Below are positions 25,100 to 37,628 of a stretch of 64,000 bases of DNA, in pieces. A program made the translations under genes and the position numbers. The stretch is from Octopus vulgaris (Eukaryota): NCBI GenBank assembly GCA_951406725.2, contig OX597818.1:15810001-15874000 (forward strand). The letters are read 5' to 3'. Under the pieces are notes generated by a model. The model saw nothing but the letters and a program-made list of their open reading frames with translations. It was not told the origin of the DNA and did no database searches. Each line of letters opens with the position of its first letter. The first letter of the stretch is position 1.

Positions 25100-25760
25100 T
25101 ATTTTCATGATCTTTTTGAACATTTAAAAGATTTGATGAGAATTTGCAAGATAATATTAGAATTTTTTCATCATTTCAGAACTGGCAGAATTTAGGGAAG
25201 GGAACTGAAAATGTTATTAAAAATTACGAATATTATCCATCAAATACCATATATAACTTGAATATGTTGTAGCTTTTATTTTGTCTACGTGTTGAAAGAT
25301 GCACTTATAATTTAAATACTGGCGCATGAATTTGCTCCCATATATCCCAATATAGGATTTAAATGGTTTATTTGTCACCAAGATGAGAAAGGATAGCTTG
25401 GTAGATTATTGATATATTGCATAAAATAGCTAAGGAGCATAACTCCATATTATGAAAGTTGTAGTTTTGCAGTGTTGATTGGTACAATGCTGCCTGTTCA
25501 CATAGTCTTTGGATGACTTGTTATGTAGCTTAAGGGTACTGTTCTCAACTATCATTGATGATCTTCCCCATAATAATACAGCTATAGCCAGTTTTTAAGT
25601 TATGGCGTTTGAATAATTTCAAATATTTATGACCTTTAGAGAAATTTTTCCGAGTCACATTTAGAAGCTTTTGGTAACACCCGACTTTCCATTAAGACTG
25701 AACGGAGGATTAAATCAGATTACCTATTGTGGGTTTTTTGTGTTCCAGCAGCTAGAGTTG
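25100..25760 (-). mobile_element. Penelope-like element fossil: linker + GIY-YIG endonuclease
   Basis: Minus strand: NFSKGHKYLKLFKRHNLKTGYSC; ...SIIYQA; KSYIGIYGSKFMRQYLNYKCIFQH..ATTYSSYIWYL (YIG at ~25346-25357). Confidence 0.85.
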
Positions 25761-27699
25761 CTTCAGGCTTGGGAGCAAACTTGTAGCGAGATAGAAAAGA
25801 GCTATTTTGTCGAGGTGACATAGCACAGTCGTACTATGGCCATTTCATCCAATAAGAACTGGCTGCTGAAGGATACAGGTAGCAACTTCCACCCAGCAGT
25901 ATACGCGCCTTTTTCAAATAGCTAAATCAGTTTGCAGCATTGGCGACCCTAGTGGCAATATCACCCTTTCTGATATGTGACTATTACAGTGTACATTACC
26001 AACGCCACGCAACTCATTTCATTTATATCTGTTTTCATTCTGCGACATATAAACCACCCAAATGAAACGTAGGTCGTGCGGATTTCTTCACGTCACGCTA
26101 CACCAACTGATTAACATTGATAAACAAGCTAAAAAATCATTCTTATTGCTTCTTGCTAGTACTTGTTAAATTTTAATGCTACATATACTTTGCCTTCTGA
26201 CTTTCTTTATACACGCTGTCACAGAGCCCTCACATGAAATTAGTGACGACAACTATTGATACAAACTTAATCCGTTCAGAAAAATCTACTAATCCCCCCC
26301 TTGCTTTGTTGTAACTTGAAACTCTCGCAAATATTTTTTGCTTGAAAATTTTTATATCAATATTGCTGACAATCTTAACAGTTGTGGGTAGAGTTTCAGT
26401 TAATAATAAACGGGCTTTTCATTTTGCTTTCTATGTGGTTTGTTTTATATTAAAATTTAAGTTTACATGTAAAAGAACAACTGCTGAGATACTGGTAATA
26501 CAACGACAATGAACCCAAATTCTTTTAACACAGACACACGCACATTCAAATAATCCTTATATACCTTCGTTGATAGGTCCGTGTGACTTTAAGTCAAGCG
26601 ACATAGGTTCAATGGTATAAGCACAGTTACATTCCTACGGTATATCCCTATATGTTCTTAGAAAACCATCAACAAATCTCAAAATAAAATCACCAAATAA
26701 TTCTAGTATTAACGATTGAAATACAAGGATGTTTATAAAAACATTTAAGAGAGATTAGTAAAAACCAATTATAACACAACCAAGATTTCTTGTCGTGTAT
26801 AATTTCTCGTCCATCAGCTCTTATAATTCCCGGTAGTATTTGCATTCACTTATGATTAGCCTGTTTGCTTTCAAACTCTCTCTCTCTCTCTCTTATGAAA
26901 TTAGCCATAACCTTATTTAAAAACTGGAAAGCCTCGGACAAATATGTAGCTGTTAAAATTTTATGGTGGTTCCACACGTACGCTTTTATCATCTTCAAGA
27001 CGATGATTTTTCCATCTCTGTGAGTCCTCATTAGATATTTGTTCCCATGAGACTCAAGTAATTCCACTCCATCTTAATTTATTTTACTAAATCCAACAAA
27101 GTGAGCCCTCTCAACAATCTCCTGACGAACATTTAGTATTGGTTCTTCTTTATCCAGGAAGTTTGTAATGGTGTTTAGATAGACTTTACTCCAGACAAGA
27201 TGAATTTTGGTTATTTTCACTTGCCGCTATGCCGCTGTCAAATTGTTACTTGCATTCAGGTAACATACCAAAATTGTTTTACCGTCAGCTTAGAACTTAA
27301 ACAAATGCTTAAAAGTGTGCTGTGAACAGTAGCTGTCATTGTAGTAACAGTTGCCTGATCCACAGATTGAGTCAAACTGGTTGTATGGCAGCAGAAAACC
27401 TACTTGAATATTATCTGTCAATTCATTCAAGTTAGATATGCGACATGAGACGTTTTCCACAAGATTTAAGGCTCTATTTTTAAGGTTCTTAACCTGACAA
27501 TATTCCTTGACAGTTGGGCTGAGATAAGAAGGAAGTTAATGTCAGAATATTTTTTAGTGATTTACTCCTATTTATGCGATCACCATGTAACGAGAAAAAT
27601 GAATTTTAGAGTATCTTTTCATAATCATTGGTGTCTTCAGAATGACGGCCAGCCTGTAGCTTCTGTAATGCTGCTACCTGGTTTACTTGTACAGGAGTT

Positions 27700-27953
27700 C
27701 TCGCAGGTTGTATATTCGCTGTTAACCACGGTGAAGTAATTCACGAACAGTGCTATGTTAGAACCTGTGCAGTGTTGCTGGTTGAGCTGTGTACGTAGAG
27801 ATGTTGTTGGCGTTGTTAAAAAGAAGATGGTAGCGACGAAGAAAGAGATTGCTATAATGCTGTTGGATGGGTGTTGTCGTCTGGCTCGCAGGTTATATCT
27901 TTGCTGTTGATCCAGGGTGAAGTAATTCACGAACAGTGCTGTGTTAAAACCTG
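27700..27953. repeat. Two copies of a 68-69-bp hairpin-forming element
   Basis: 27700-27767 and 27885-27953 share CTCGCAGGTT..GCTGTT..GGTGAAGTAATTCACGAACAGTGCT..GTTA.AACCTG. Confidence 0.85.
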
Positions 27954-28004
27954 GGCGTCTGGCGTTATCGCTGGAACTGGTTGTGTCTTGTGTGGTCAGT
28001 AGCT

Positions 28005-28230
28005 AGACCTTAGAAGGTCTGGAACCAAAAACCTCGAGATGAGGAGTAGCTGGGATTTTATAATGAACAATAGGCTCAACGGGGCTGAGAAAAGGCTGTC
28101 TCGATTCTATTTAGGTGTCCGATTGGTTATACGCTGTATATCTGCGCGACAGAGTAACAGACAAATTGCGCCAATGCCAACCAATCAGAGTTGTGGGCAC
28201 AACGGGGTCTAAATAGCGGCCAAAGGTTAG
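28005..28230 (-). promoter_or_regulatory. Candidate Pol II promoter
   Basis: TATAAAA on the minus strand (28062-28056) with three CCAAT/ATTGG boxes upstream (~28120-28187). Locally CpG-rich and repeat-free. Confidence 0.4.
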
Positions 28231-28900
28231 CTGTTATCTGCTACGTTAGAATGTATGTATACATAATAAAGAGGAGAGGAATTTCACTAGTGTGTACCCT
28301 ACAAGTTATATGAACTTTCACAATCACGAAAACAAATGCTGATATTTCTTTTTTCAGAAATACAATTTTCTTTTCGCACCCGTTTCCATTAAAAAAGTCC
28401 TTGTCAGCTACATTAAAATTTTGTTGCAATGAATATTTCTCCGTCATCAATATTTTTTTTGTGTCAGCTGTAAAATCTGTGTCAGTGATTACAGACTCAT
28501 CTGTTCCTCAGGAATGGTGCAATTTTGAACGATTCTTGAAACATTTCAGCCAACATAACATTTTACTACAGAGTTTTTACTTTTAGCATAAGAAGCCTAT
28601 GTTTTCTTTACGCCATCGAATATCTAACACTTGAATTTGAATGGTATGAAGCAAATATTGGATAATTATGCTAATGCATGTCTTCTATTAAAATCTTTCT
28701 ACATTTTTCATTATATGCGTTTTATTCTTAATTTTGTAGCAGTTAGAACGTTTTACACTTGTTAATAAGATTTAATTTGCGTTTTTTTTTCGGCATCACT
28801 ACGAATTGCTCGTATATGCTTACATAACAACTCTTCCAATATATTCTGCTCGCTGTTCATCGTTGAATATACGTAATGCTTTGTTTCTAATGTTTAGTGT

Positions 28901-28935
<35 letters not shown>

Positions 28936-29519
28936 TGTGTGTGTGTATGTTCACAGACAACAATGCTACACTGTTGACATATAGCTGCTATTACAACGTA
29001 GATAAATTCAAAGAATATTTACAAAGCGAAAATTCTTAGAAAGCAGTCTCTACCAGCACTCAGTACGAAACCAATAAAGAAAGTAAAAGTAGTGTTTTGA
29101 TTCGAGGAAACTTCGTGGCAATCCGCCACTCAAATACTTTGTTTTTATTTATACATTTGTCCCTCGACCTAAATATTTCTTCCGACTCACAATATTTATT
29201 TAAAACCATCTCTGAAAATGGTTTTAAATACGTAGACTGTGATGATTGTCTCTTAGATAACATTCATGAAATAAAAGAAAATGGACTGACTAGTTTAGTT
29301 ACCCATTATTGTTTGTCGAGTTCTTTATACTTTAGTGAAATGACAACGAAACGAGTTACAACAGAAAGAAAGTAAAGTGAAACCAAAAAGTAATTTTGAC
29401 AGACATATTTTACGAACTATTTGATTTTGGTTTTTATACCATTTCATATAGTCGTTATAACGAATAGATTCGACTTTAATTGAAACTACGTTAAGTAAAG
29501 TCAATATGTGTGTACACGA

Positions 29520-29616
29520 TACACACATACATACATACATACATACATACATACATAAATGCATGCATGCATACATACATACATACATGCATGCATGCAT
29601 ACATACATACATACAT

Positions 29617-29647
<31 letters not shown>

Positions 29648-29814
29648 TACATACATACACACATACACACACATACACACACACACAAACACATACATAC
29701 ATACATACATACATACATACATACACACATACACACACACACATACATACATACATACATACATACATACATACATACATACATACATACATACATACAT
29801 ACATACATACATAC
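29520..29814. repeat. (CATA)n/(CA)n microsatellite
   Basis: Direct inspection. Confidence 0.95.
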
Positions 29815-30042
29815 AAGAGAATCTGGATAAACTGAGATTTTCAGAAAGAGAAATCGATCACCTAATTCATACATTACAAGTGTAATCTGTGAGTGGAACA
29901 GTGAAAATATGCAAGACTTTTCAAGTTCCAAATGTGAATTTGTTTGTGTTAACTACATCCCAAAGATGGAGCCTTGTATCTATGTTGGAAACCAGCTCCC
30001 TCCTCAGTGGAAGATTTATAATAATTAAAAAATAGAAAAGAT
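29815..30042 (+). mobile_element. R4/Dong-like LINE, short 3' fragment (subfamily 2) within (CATA)n
   Basis: ENLDKLRFSEREIDHLIHTLQV*SVSGTVKICKTF is homologous to the C-terminus of the 30108 copy; shares the 3' UTR motif GGAGCCTTG.AT.TA.GTT.GAAACC. Confidence 0.75.
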
Positions 30043-30107
30043 ACATACATACATACATACATACATACATACATACATACATACATACATACATACATAC
30101 ATACATA

Positions 30108-30746
30108 AGAACCTACAGTATGGGGGAAGTCAGCCACTCATAATGAAAAGGAGTATTGGTGGAACATCCCAGAGAAAACCTCAGTAAAATGTAACCACAA
30201 TAGACCTGATATATTGATCGGGAATAGAGAAGAGAAACTGTGTACAATTGTGGAAATCAGCTGCCCAGTGGATGTTAATATAAAGCTGAATATTAGTGAA
30301 AAAGAGAATACCTACGCTAAACTATTGAGAAATCCACAGTAACTCTACCTAGACTACAAGTTCAGTTTTATACCTGTAATTATTGGGACCTTGGGATATG
30401 TAACACACTGCCTAAGTACCAATCTTGAGAAATTAGGCTTCTCAAAACCAGGAAGGAGAAAGCTCATTTGAAGATTACATGTCTAAGCTATCACTGGAAC
30501 TGTAAAAATCTGTAAAACTTTCCAGAAGTTTATCATTTAAGTATATATGATCATGTCTAGATATGCAAGTATTTGTATGAGAAGACATACATAGGAAAAA
30601 ACTTACAGGCTTGCATGTATACATAGACACATACAAAAATAACCTGTTGTTAATGTTGAAATTCCAATGAAGGAGCCTTGCATTTAGGTTAGAAACCGGC
30701 ATTTTTTTCTATTGGCTAGAAATCTTGAAATAAAACTGAATAATGA
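30108..30746 (+). mobile_element. R4/Dong-like LINE 3' fragment (RLE domain + 3' UTR)
   Basis: EYWWNIP..KCNHNRPDILI..IVEISCPVDVNI..EKENTYAKL..IPVIIGTLG..GTVKICKTF; flanked by CATA repeats. Confidence 0.85.
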
Positions 30747-31681
30747 TATACATACATGATCGATGAATACATAAATACATGTTTTGTTTGTTCACTCTCT
30801 CTCTCTTATATATGTATATATGAAGGTAGGTAGGTAGGTAGGTATAAATATATATGAGTATGTGTGTATTTATGTAAGTATATATACAAACATACACATG
30901 CACACAGACACGCACATGCATGCACACACACATAAACAAATATAGAGAGTATACACATACATATTGCTTCATATATACACACATGACACATGCCCTATAC
31001 ATGTACACAGGCACACACTAGCTTTATATAAGCACACCTGCTTGCTCACACACGCATATATGCCAGGTTACTGATATCACCCTTGCCAACTTCTTCCTCT
31101 TCCTGTCATTTCAGCATTCGATGACCATCTAATTGAAACTTTTTTCTCTTTATTTTTCTGTCTTTTCATCTACCCTTTCTGTAGAAGAGCATAGGCTCAA
31201 AACATTAAGAATTTCCTTCAGTTTTCATAAGCATCATCCTAATACACTCTATTTGTTTTTTTTACCTTATCTTCGTATTTCTTCTTATTCTGTACCATAT
31301 ATATATGTATGTGTGTGTGTATATATATATGGTACAAAACTTTTGCAGTGAATGTGAATACTAATACTTAGGTACATTTGTAGCTTTTACACAGAATGTG
31401 TCAGATGTGTTGTAAAGGCACTGTTTTTGCATAAACTAAACCAGTAGTCCCTTGAAAACCTTTAGAAAATGTATGTTATCATTTTGTAAGCTCATGTCTG
31501 TAATGAGACTTGAACATTATGGACTTTAAGCCATATCATCACTCAACCCTGTTTATGTGTGAGGCTGAGTTATCAGCCATTCAGCTGCTGGTCTTCACAT
31601 GACAGGCTTTTTTTCCCAGACCCTTCTAGATTATTCTCAGTAATAAGCTTATAAACAGAGCCTGTTTTAAATGCCAAGCTC

Positions 31682-31684
<3 letters not shown>

Positions 31685-31748
<64 letters not shown>
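31685..31748. repeat. (TG)n microsatellite
   Basis: Direct inspection. Confidence 0.95.
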
Positions 31749-31750
<2 letters not shown>

Positions 31751-32100
31751 AAGTTTTAGTCCAATTCACACACTCTTTCATTGCTTACATTATTATTCTA
31801 ACGACTGCATGCTCACCCTGACATGTGTTATATGATAGCAGAAATTAAGCACTGCATATATATATTCCTGTATTTAATCCAGCTCCAGAACTAGCATTTG
31901 GTATCCTGCTCACTATGCATGTTACAGGGTATTCCTTATATGAAGACTTTTGTAATTTATGACCAAATTCATGACTTGTGTGGCATAAATAAAATCTCAT
32001 TTAAAATTGGAATGGTGTTTTTGTATTACTTACCTGCAGCCTCATGTATATAAACAACCAACAACTCGCATGGTTTCATGTTCAAGTCTGCATATATACA

Positions 32101-32330
32101 TTTCTTTACTACCCACAAGGGGCTAAACACAGAGGAGACAAACAAGGACAGACAAACGGATTAAGTTGATTACATCGACCCCAGTGCGTAACTGGTACTT
32201 AATTTATCGACCCCGGAAGGATGAAAGGCAAAGTTGACCTCGGTGGAATTTGAACTCAGAATGTAACGGCAGACGAAATACGGCAACGCATTTTGCCCGG
32301 CGTGCTAATGTTTCTGCCAGCTCGCCACCT
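32101..32330 (-). mobile_element. SINE family C
   Basis: Reverse complement of 16605-16835. Confidence 0.85.
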
Positions 32331-32391
32331 TCGTTTGCATATATTTTGGTAGTTTTGAAGACATATACATTTATGAAATTAGGTAGAGCAT

Positions 32392-32750
32392 TTCATCATC
32401 ATCATCATCATCATCATCATCGTTTAGCGTCCGCTTTCCATGCTGGCATGGGTTGGACGGTTCAACTGGAGTCTGGGAAGCCAGAAGGCTGCACCAGGCC
32501 CAGTCTGATCTGGCAATGTTTCTACGGCTGGATGTCCTTCCTAACGCCAACCACTCCATGAGTGTAGTGGGTGCTTTTTACGTGCCACCGACACAGGTGC
32601 CAGACGAGGCTGGCAAACGGCCACGATCGGATTGTGCTTTTTACGTGCCACCAGCACAGAGGCCAGGCAAGGCTGGCAACGGCCATGAACAGATGGTGCC
32701 TTTTACGTGCCACCGGCACGGAGGCCAGGCGAGGCTGGCAACGGCCACGA
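32392..32750 (-). mobile_element. RTE 3' end with (GAT)n tail and internal minisatellite
   Basis: (CAT)n, then three units of GTGCTTTTTACGTGCCACC.GCAC...GGCTGGCAACGGCCA. Confidence 0.85.
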
Positions 32751-33059
32751 TAGCATTTATTTTAGAAAAATAAAAACAATGTAGAATAATGAGTGAATCA
32801 TTGACTGCAACATGTTGTACATATTAAAAGTAATCGAATCTGTATAATGTTTGGGAAGTTATAAATATAATTTTCTTGTTTTCCTGTTATTTTTGGCATT
32901 CATATTTACATCCTCATACTATCATTAGCAACTTTCATCATGTACAATTTTCATCGACACCTCCGTCTTCATTCACGGCTTGGGTGTTCTAGTTTGAAAA
33001 TAATTAATAAAATGAAACAAAAACAAATTGTGAAAATACCACAACAATAGTGGAGCTTA

Positions 33060-33420
33060 TTTTTAAATATTACTTAGGGAATACTAACGGATGTGATCTC
33101 TTAACTGAATTAGATATTGCAGAAGATTTATTTCCTGGAGAAGTAAAGCTTCCGATTGAAACTATTGGATTCATTAACAGTAATGAGTTACAGGATGTCA
33201 TGCCAAATGTGTAGGTTGCATTAAGAATAATGTTTATAATAATTATAACTGCAGCCATCATGGCAGAGAGCTTTACCACATTAAGGCTTATAAAGGACTT
33301 ATTTATGGCCACTCTAAACAAAACAGCTTTCATTGGCAAATTGTGTAAAGAGAGAATTGTATAATAGAAAAGGCAAACAAGAAAAAAAGTGTTGTAAAAA
33401 CTTTTGCATATCTGAAGTAA
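33060..33420 (+). mobile_element. hAT transposase C-terminal dimerisation-domain fossil
   Basis: From 33194: DVMPNV*VALRIMF..ITAA..ESFTTLRLIKD, matching 'FPNV.IALRI.LT.PVT.A..ERSFS.LKLIK'. Confidence 0.7.
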
Positions 33421-33904
33421 AAAAATAAGTGATTAAATTAACTACAATGCAATTGTTTTCAGCATCTGCTCTTTTCTTTAACCTTCAATTTATTGCATAA
33501 GAAATTATAAACTTTCTGGTTTACAAATGTATGCATATACGTTAGGTACATTGTAATTGTTGAATGGTGTTGTGAAGAGAAAACAAAGCTTATGTGTGTA
33601 TGTGTGGGGGTGGGGTTTAATGTCTGTGTGTGTGTGTGTATGCAACCACTCTATTTATATTCTGATCCCTGTCACTTGTGAGTATGCCCAGCATTGGCCA
33701 CCATCTCTCTCCTGCTGTTTCCCACACTCTCTCTCCTTCTCCTGCTCTTCCCGCAGGTTGGGGAACCATGTATCTTCATTACAGCAGCACACCTACTTCT
33801 GTCCTCATTTCTCTCTCTCTCTCTCACCCTCTCCCGCCAGGTAACCTTACAGCAAGACATCTGTTTCTGTCTCTCTGTCTCACTATAACCTTTCATCATC
33901 TAAC

Positions 33905-34270
33905 CCAAGACCCCTCCTATAATTCCCTCTATCCTCTCAAAGGATCTTTGTCTTGCAAGTTACTTGGTGACTCCTGCCAGTGCTGGGGCCACTTAAAAAC
34001 CATACAATCCTCACTGTAAAGTGGTTGGCATTTGGAAGGGCATCCAGCTGTAAAAACCATGCTAAAACTGACCTTGCCAGTACTTCTGCCATGTAAAAAA
34101 CACTGTCCACTCTGCTTGGTAGTTGGTGTCAGGAAGGGCATCCAGCCATAAAAAAACCCCTGCTAAAACAGACACAGAAGTCTGATGCAGGCTTCTCTCT
34201 GGCCAGCTCCTGGCAAACTGTCCAACTCATGTCAGCATGGAAGGTGGACGTTAAATGATGATGACGATGA
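33905..34270 (+). mobile_element. RTE-type 3' end/SINE with (GAT)n tail
   Basis: Two GGTTGG..GGAAGGGCATCCAGC motifs and ...CAGCATGGAAGGTGGACGTTAAATGATGATG. Confidence 0.7.
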
Positions 34271-34286
34271 TATATATGTATAGATA

Positions 34287-34606
34287 TGGCACTCAGTTAC
34301 GACAAGAGTTCCAGTTGATCTGATCGACAGAACAGCCTGCTCATGAAATTAATGTGCAACTGGCTGAGCACTCCACAAACACATGTACCCTTAACGTAAG
34401 TTCTCAAGGAGAATTAGCACGACAACAGAGTGTGACAAGGCTGGCCCTTTGAAATATAGGTACTACTCATTTTTGCTAGCTGAGTGGACAGCAGCAACGT
34501 GAAATAAAATGTCTTGCTCAAGGACAAAATGCATTGCTGGCAATTGAACTCATGACCTAATGATTGTGAGCTGAATACGCTAACCACTACTAAGCCACAT
34601 GCCTTC
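34287..34606 (-). mobile_element. tRNA-derived SINE (family B-like head)
   Basis: Minus strand GGCATGTGGCTTAGTAG...TTGAGCAAGACATTTTATTTCACGTTGCT..TCCACTCAGCT. Confidence 0.7.
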
Positions 34607-34755
34607 AAGTATAAATATATTCTTCTGCTCTTAAAAGGATTTTTTCCTTTATATATACTGTTCAGTATTTATGTGTTGCAAAAGTATATCTTTCTACTTG
34701 TTTTACAATACATTTCAACACTTCAAAAAGCAACTTATGTTTGTTTACATCTCAG

Positions 34756-34789
<34 letters not shown>

Positions 34790-35329
34790 GTGTGTGTGTG
34801 TGTGTGTCCATGCTGCATGGAATTTTGCCAGCGAACAGGTCGTGGTTTCAAAGCAACGAAAATATTTTGACACACACACACACACATACATGTATATATA
34901 ATGTGAGTATATATATACTCACATTATATATACATGTTTCTGTGTGTTTATTGTGTGATAATAGTTTTCAAATTGTCAACTATATAGTTTGATCTTGACT
35001 AAAATGCAAGTAGCTATTGTTAGCAATTTAAAACTATGCAATATGAGTTTCTGTAAGAGAGAAATTACAAACTTTATCCCAAAATTAAGGGTCATACCTT
35101 ACAATCTCTGTAAGCACCAAATTCTATAATCTGAGGTAGCCATAATGTGGGTATGCTTGTATTTATATATGCATGTAGTGTGTACCCATCTAAATAACAT
35201 TTTACTTTTTGAGGGTCTTATTTTTTTTATTTTCATGTTTTTAATACAAGATAAAGCAAATATTGATCTTGCTAAATTTCTTCCAACCTCTTAAAGTTTT
35301 TCAAATTTTCACTGGATTATGGTTTTTAA

Positions 35330-35595
35330 AAGATATTGCTCCCTTCCACATCCTGGATACTGCAGTAAATAGGAGGATCACTACTTCCGTAGCTGAACAG
35401 AACAAAACCCTGAAGAATGAGGACCTGGCAGTGAACTATCTCTTCCACTCTGTGGCATTTGAGATGGCGAAGTTCTTATCATTGCCAGCTTACCTTACAG
35501 TGTTGGCAGGTGATGCCTGTGAGGGTGCTTGGCTTTTCCAATGCCTTAGCCTCGCTGTTGCTTGTGATAATACCGTGAGTGTGCTGGTTTGCTTC
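35330..35595 (+). mobile_element. Second CRE-like RLE C-terminal fossil
   Basis: AEQNKTLKNEDLAVNYLFHSVAFE..GDACEGAWLFQCLSLAVACDN matches 'AE..K..KY.DL...Y.F.PVAFET..GD.RE..WL.QRLSLAV.RGN'. Confidence 0.75.
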
Positions 35596-36364
35596 AGTAG
35601 TTCCACTTCACCTTGTGGTGCACAATGAATTGAAGCATTTGAAGCTGTATTGATATTTTTTCTTTCTCCTTTTTTTTCTTTTTCTTTGTCTTTCTTTTGT
35701 ACTATATATGTCTCATATACATATGGTTGGTATTGGCACAATTTGTCTCTTACTCTGTCACACCAACTTGCCATGTCCAAAAAGGACAAAACATCGCATC
35801 ACAGCACCATTTATTTCCTCACTTGAGGCAGGCCCAAGTTGTTTCCACTTGTTGAATATTGTTAATAACATTTAAATAAAGTCATTCTCCATGCATGTAA
35901 TCTTTTTATCAAACTCACACCCTCGAAACACTTACTGAGCAGAACAAATCAATATTGAATGTCTTGTTTTGTTGTTCTCATGAGAAAACTGTAAAAAAAT
36001 AAGTTTGTTAATGGAGAAAAGCTCTTTACACCATTTTCTTTTGGCGTATTCTTTCACCACCAAAGCATTTCTTGTTTCTTCCATATATTTTTGATCTATC
36101 ATAAAACATTTCATAAAAAGACATTTTAATAGACCAAATATACTAGGTTTAAATACAACAGAAATCACAATAACTCTAATCTCAACCCATATCAAGATAA
36201 CCACGGTTCACGAGAGGAAGAGTGGTTCAAAGAGGAACTGTGTTTCTTTTGATAAAACTTAGCAAAAGGAAAGAAATTTGTGAGCAATGAGAAAATACTT
36301 TTAACCTTTTCAGAGCTTTATGATTCAGAGTTAAATAAAGATAAAATAAGTACCACTAGTAATA

Positions 36365-37628
36365 TTGGGCTGTCTGGAAAGTCTGTGCCGATTTTTAAAT
36401 GAAAGAAAAAGGTCAATAAATACTTGCCATTACATTTTTAATCAACCAAATATGAACCATTTTGTTGCACAATGCATCTCCATCTTTCCTTTTACTTGAA
36501 AATACCCTCTTCCCCAGAATTGAGGTGGTTTCATCAAGAATTCATCAAGCTATCTTTTTATGTCATCCAAGGAATTGAAATTTTTACCATTAAGACTATT
36601 CTGCAGAGACCTGAATAAGTGGGAATCCGAAGGAGCAATATCTGGTGAATATGGAGGGTGGGGTAACACATCCCAGCCGAGCTGCAGCAATTTTTGTCTG
36701 GTTCCCAAAGAAACGTGTGGTCTTGCATTATCATGTTGGAAAACAACACCCTGTTGGCCAATCCTGGATATTTCTCTTGAATTGGTGCTTGTCCAGTTGT
36801 GTGCAATATTTCTCAGAATTAATTGTCTGGTTACTTGGGAGAAGCTCATAGTACAGAATTCCTTTCCAATCCCACCAGACACAAAGCAAGACTTTTTTAG
36901 GGTGAAGACCTGCTTTTGGGGTGGCTAAAGGTGGCTCATGTCGCCTACTCCAGGATCACTTTCTCTGAACATTTTGGTAGATAATCCATTTCTAATCACT
37001 TGTCACAATTTGCTTTAAAAAAGGCGCGTTTTCATTCTGTTTATAAAGCGAATCACAAATGGAAATGCAATCCAAAAGGTTCTTCTCACTCAACTCACGT
37101 GGTACCCAAACATTATAGCAATTTGTATACCCAAGCTTTACCAGGTGCTCATAAGCAACTGATTTTGATAGGCTGAGGCTTTCTGCCAATTCTTGGGTTG
37201 TGCAATGTATGCTATTCTCAATTAATGACTTGATTTGGTCATCTGTAGTGGATGGTCTGCTGATCGCTCTTTATCAATAAGGCTACAATCTCCAGTCAGA
37301 ACCTTGCAAACCACTTCCATACAGTTCTTTTGGATAAAGAAACATCACTGTAAACTGCGCATATTTCTTTGGTTGCTTGAGGCATTTTTCCCTTTACGGA
37401 AAAATATAAGCATCAAGTGCCGAAAATGAACTTTCTTATCTTCCATTTAAAAGGGTTACAGAATTAACACAGGTTATAGGAACATAAATCTTCTTCCACG
37501 AAAAGATAGCTTAAACTGTGCTCTAAATGGAGGTGTAGTCAAATCCTATTTTATGGACTCAACCATGTTCCAAAATAAGTCGAAAGGTAAGCTACTATAA
37601 ATCGGTATGAACTTTCCGGACAACCCAA
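36365..37628 (-). mobile_element. Near full-length mariner (DD34D), transposase pseudogenised
   Basis: TIRs TTGGG.TGTC.GGAAAGT with TA TSDs; start MEDKKVHFRHLML at 37446; motifs WVPREL, IVTSD, HDNARPH, YSPDIAPSD; frameshifts present. Confidence 0.93.

Noticed and set aside
27729-27765. SECIS-like GUGA...AA...GA in the duplicated hairpin
   Set aside because: Helix II pairs poorly and the 3' GA is absent in the second copy.
27769-27784. Partial complement to miR-34 (from recalled sequence) on the minus strand
   Set aside because: Seed position 2 is mismatched and the central spacing is wrong; plausibly chance.
31178-31210. GAAGAGCATAGGCTCAAAACATT resembling a minimal hammerhead
   Set aside because: Both core halves are mutated and there is only one copy here, so it cannot be supported.
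32560-32750. Repeat-spacer appearance suggesting a CRISPR array (also 48520-48850 and 57350-57720)
   Set aside because: The 'spacers' are homologous to each other, the array is part of an RTE 3' UTR, the context is eukaryotic and there are no cas genes.
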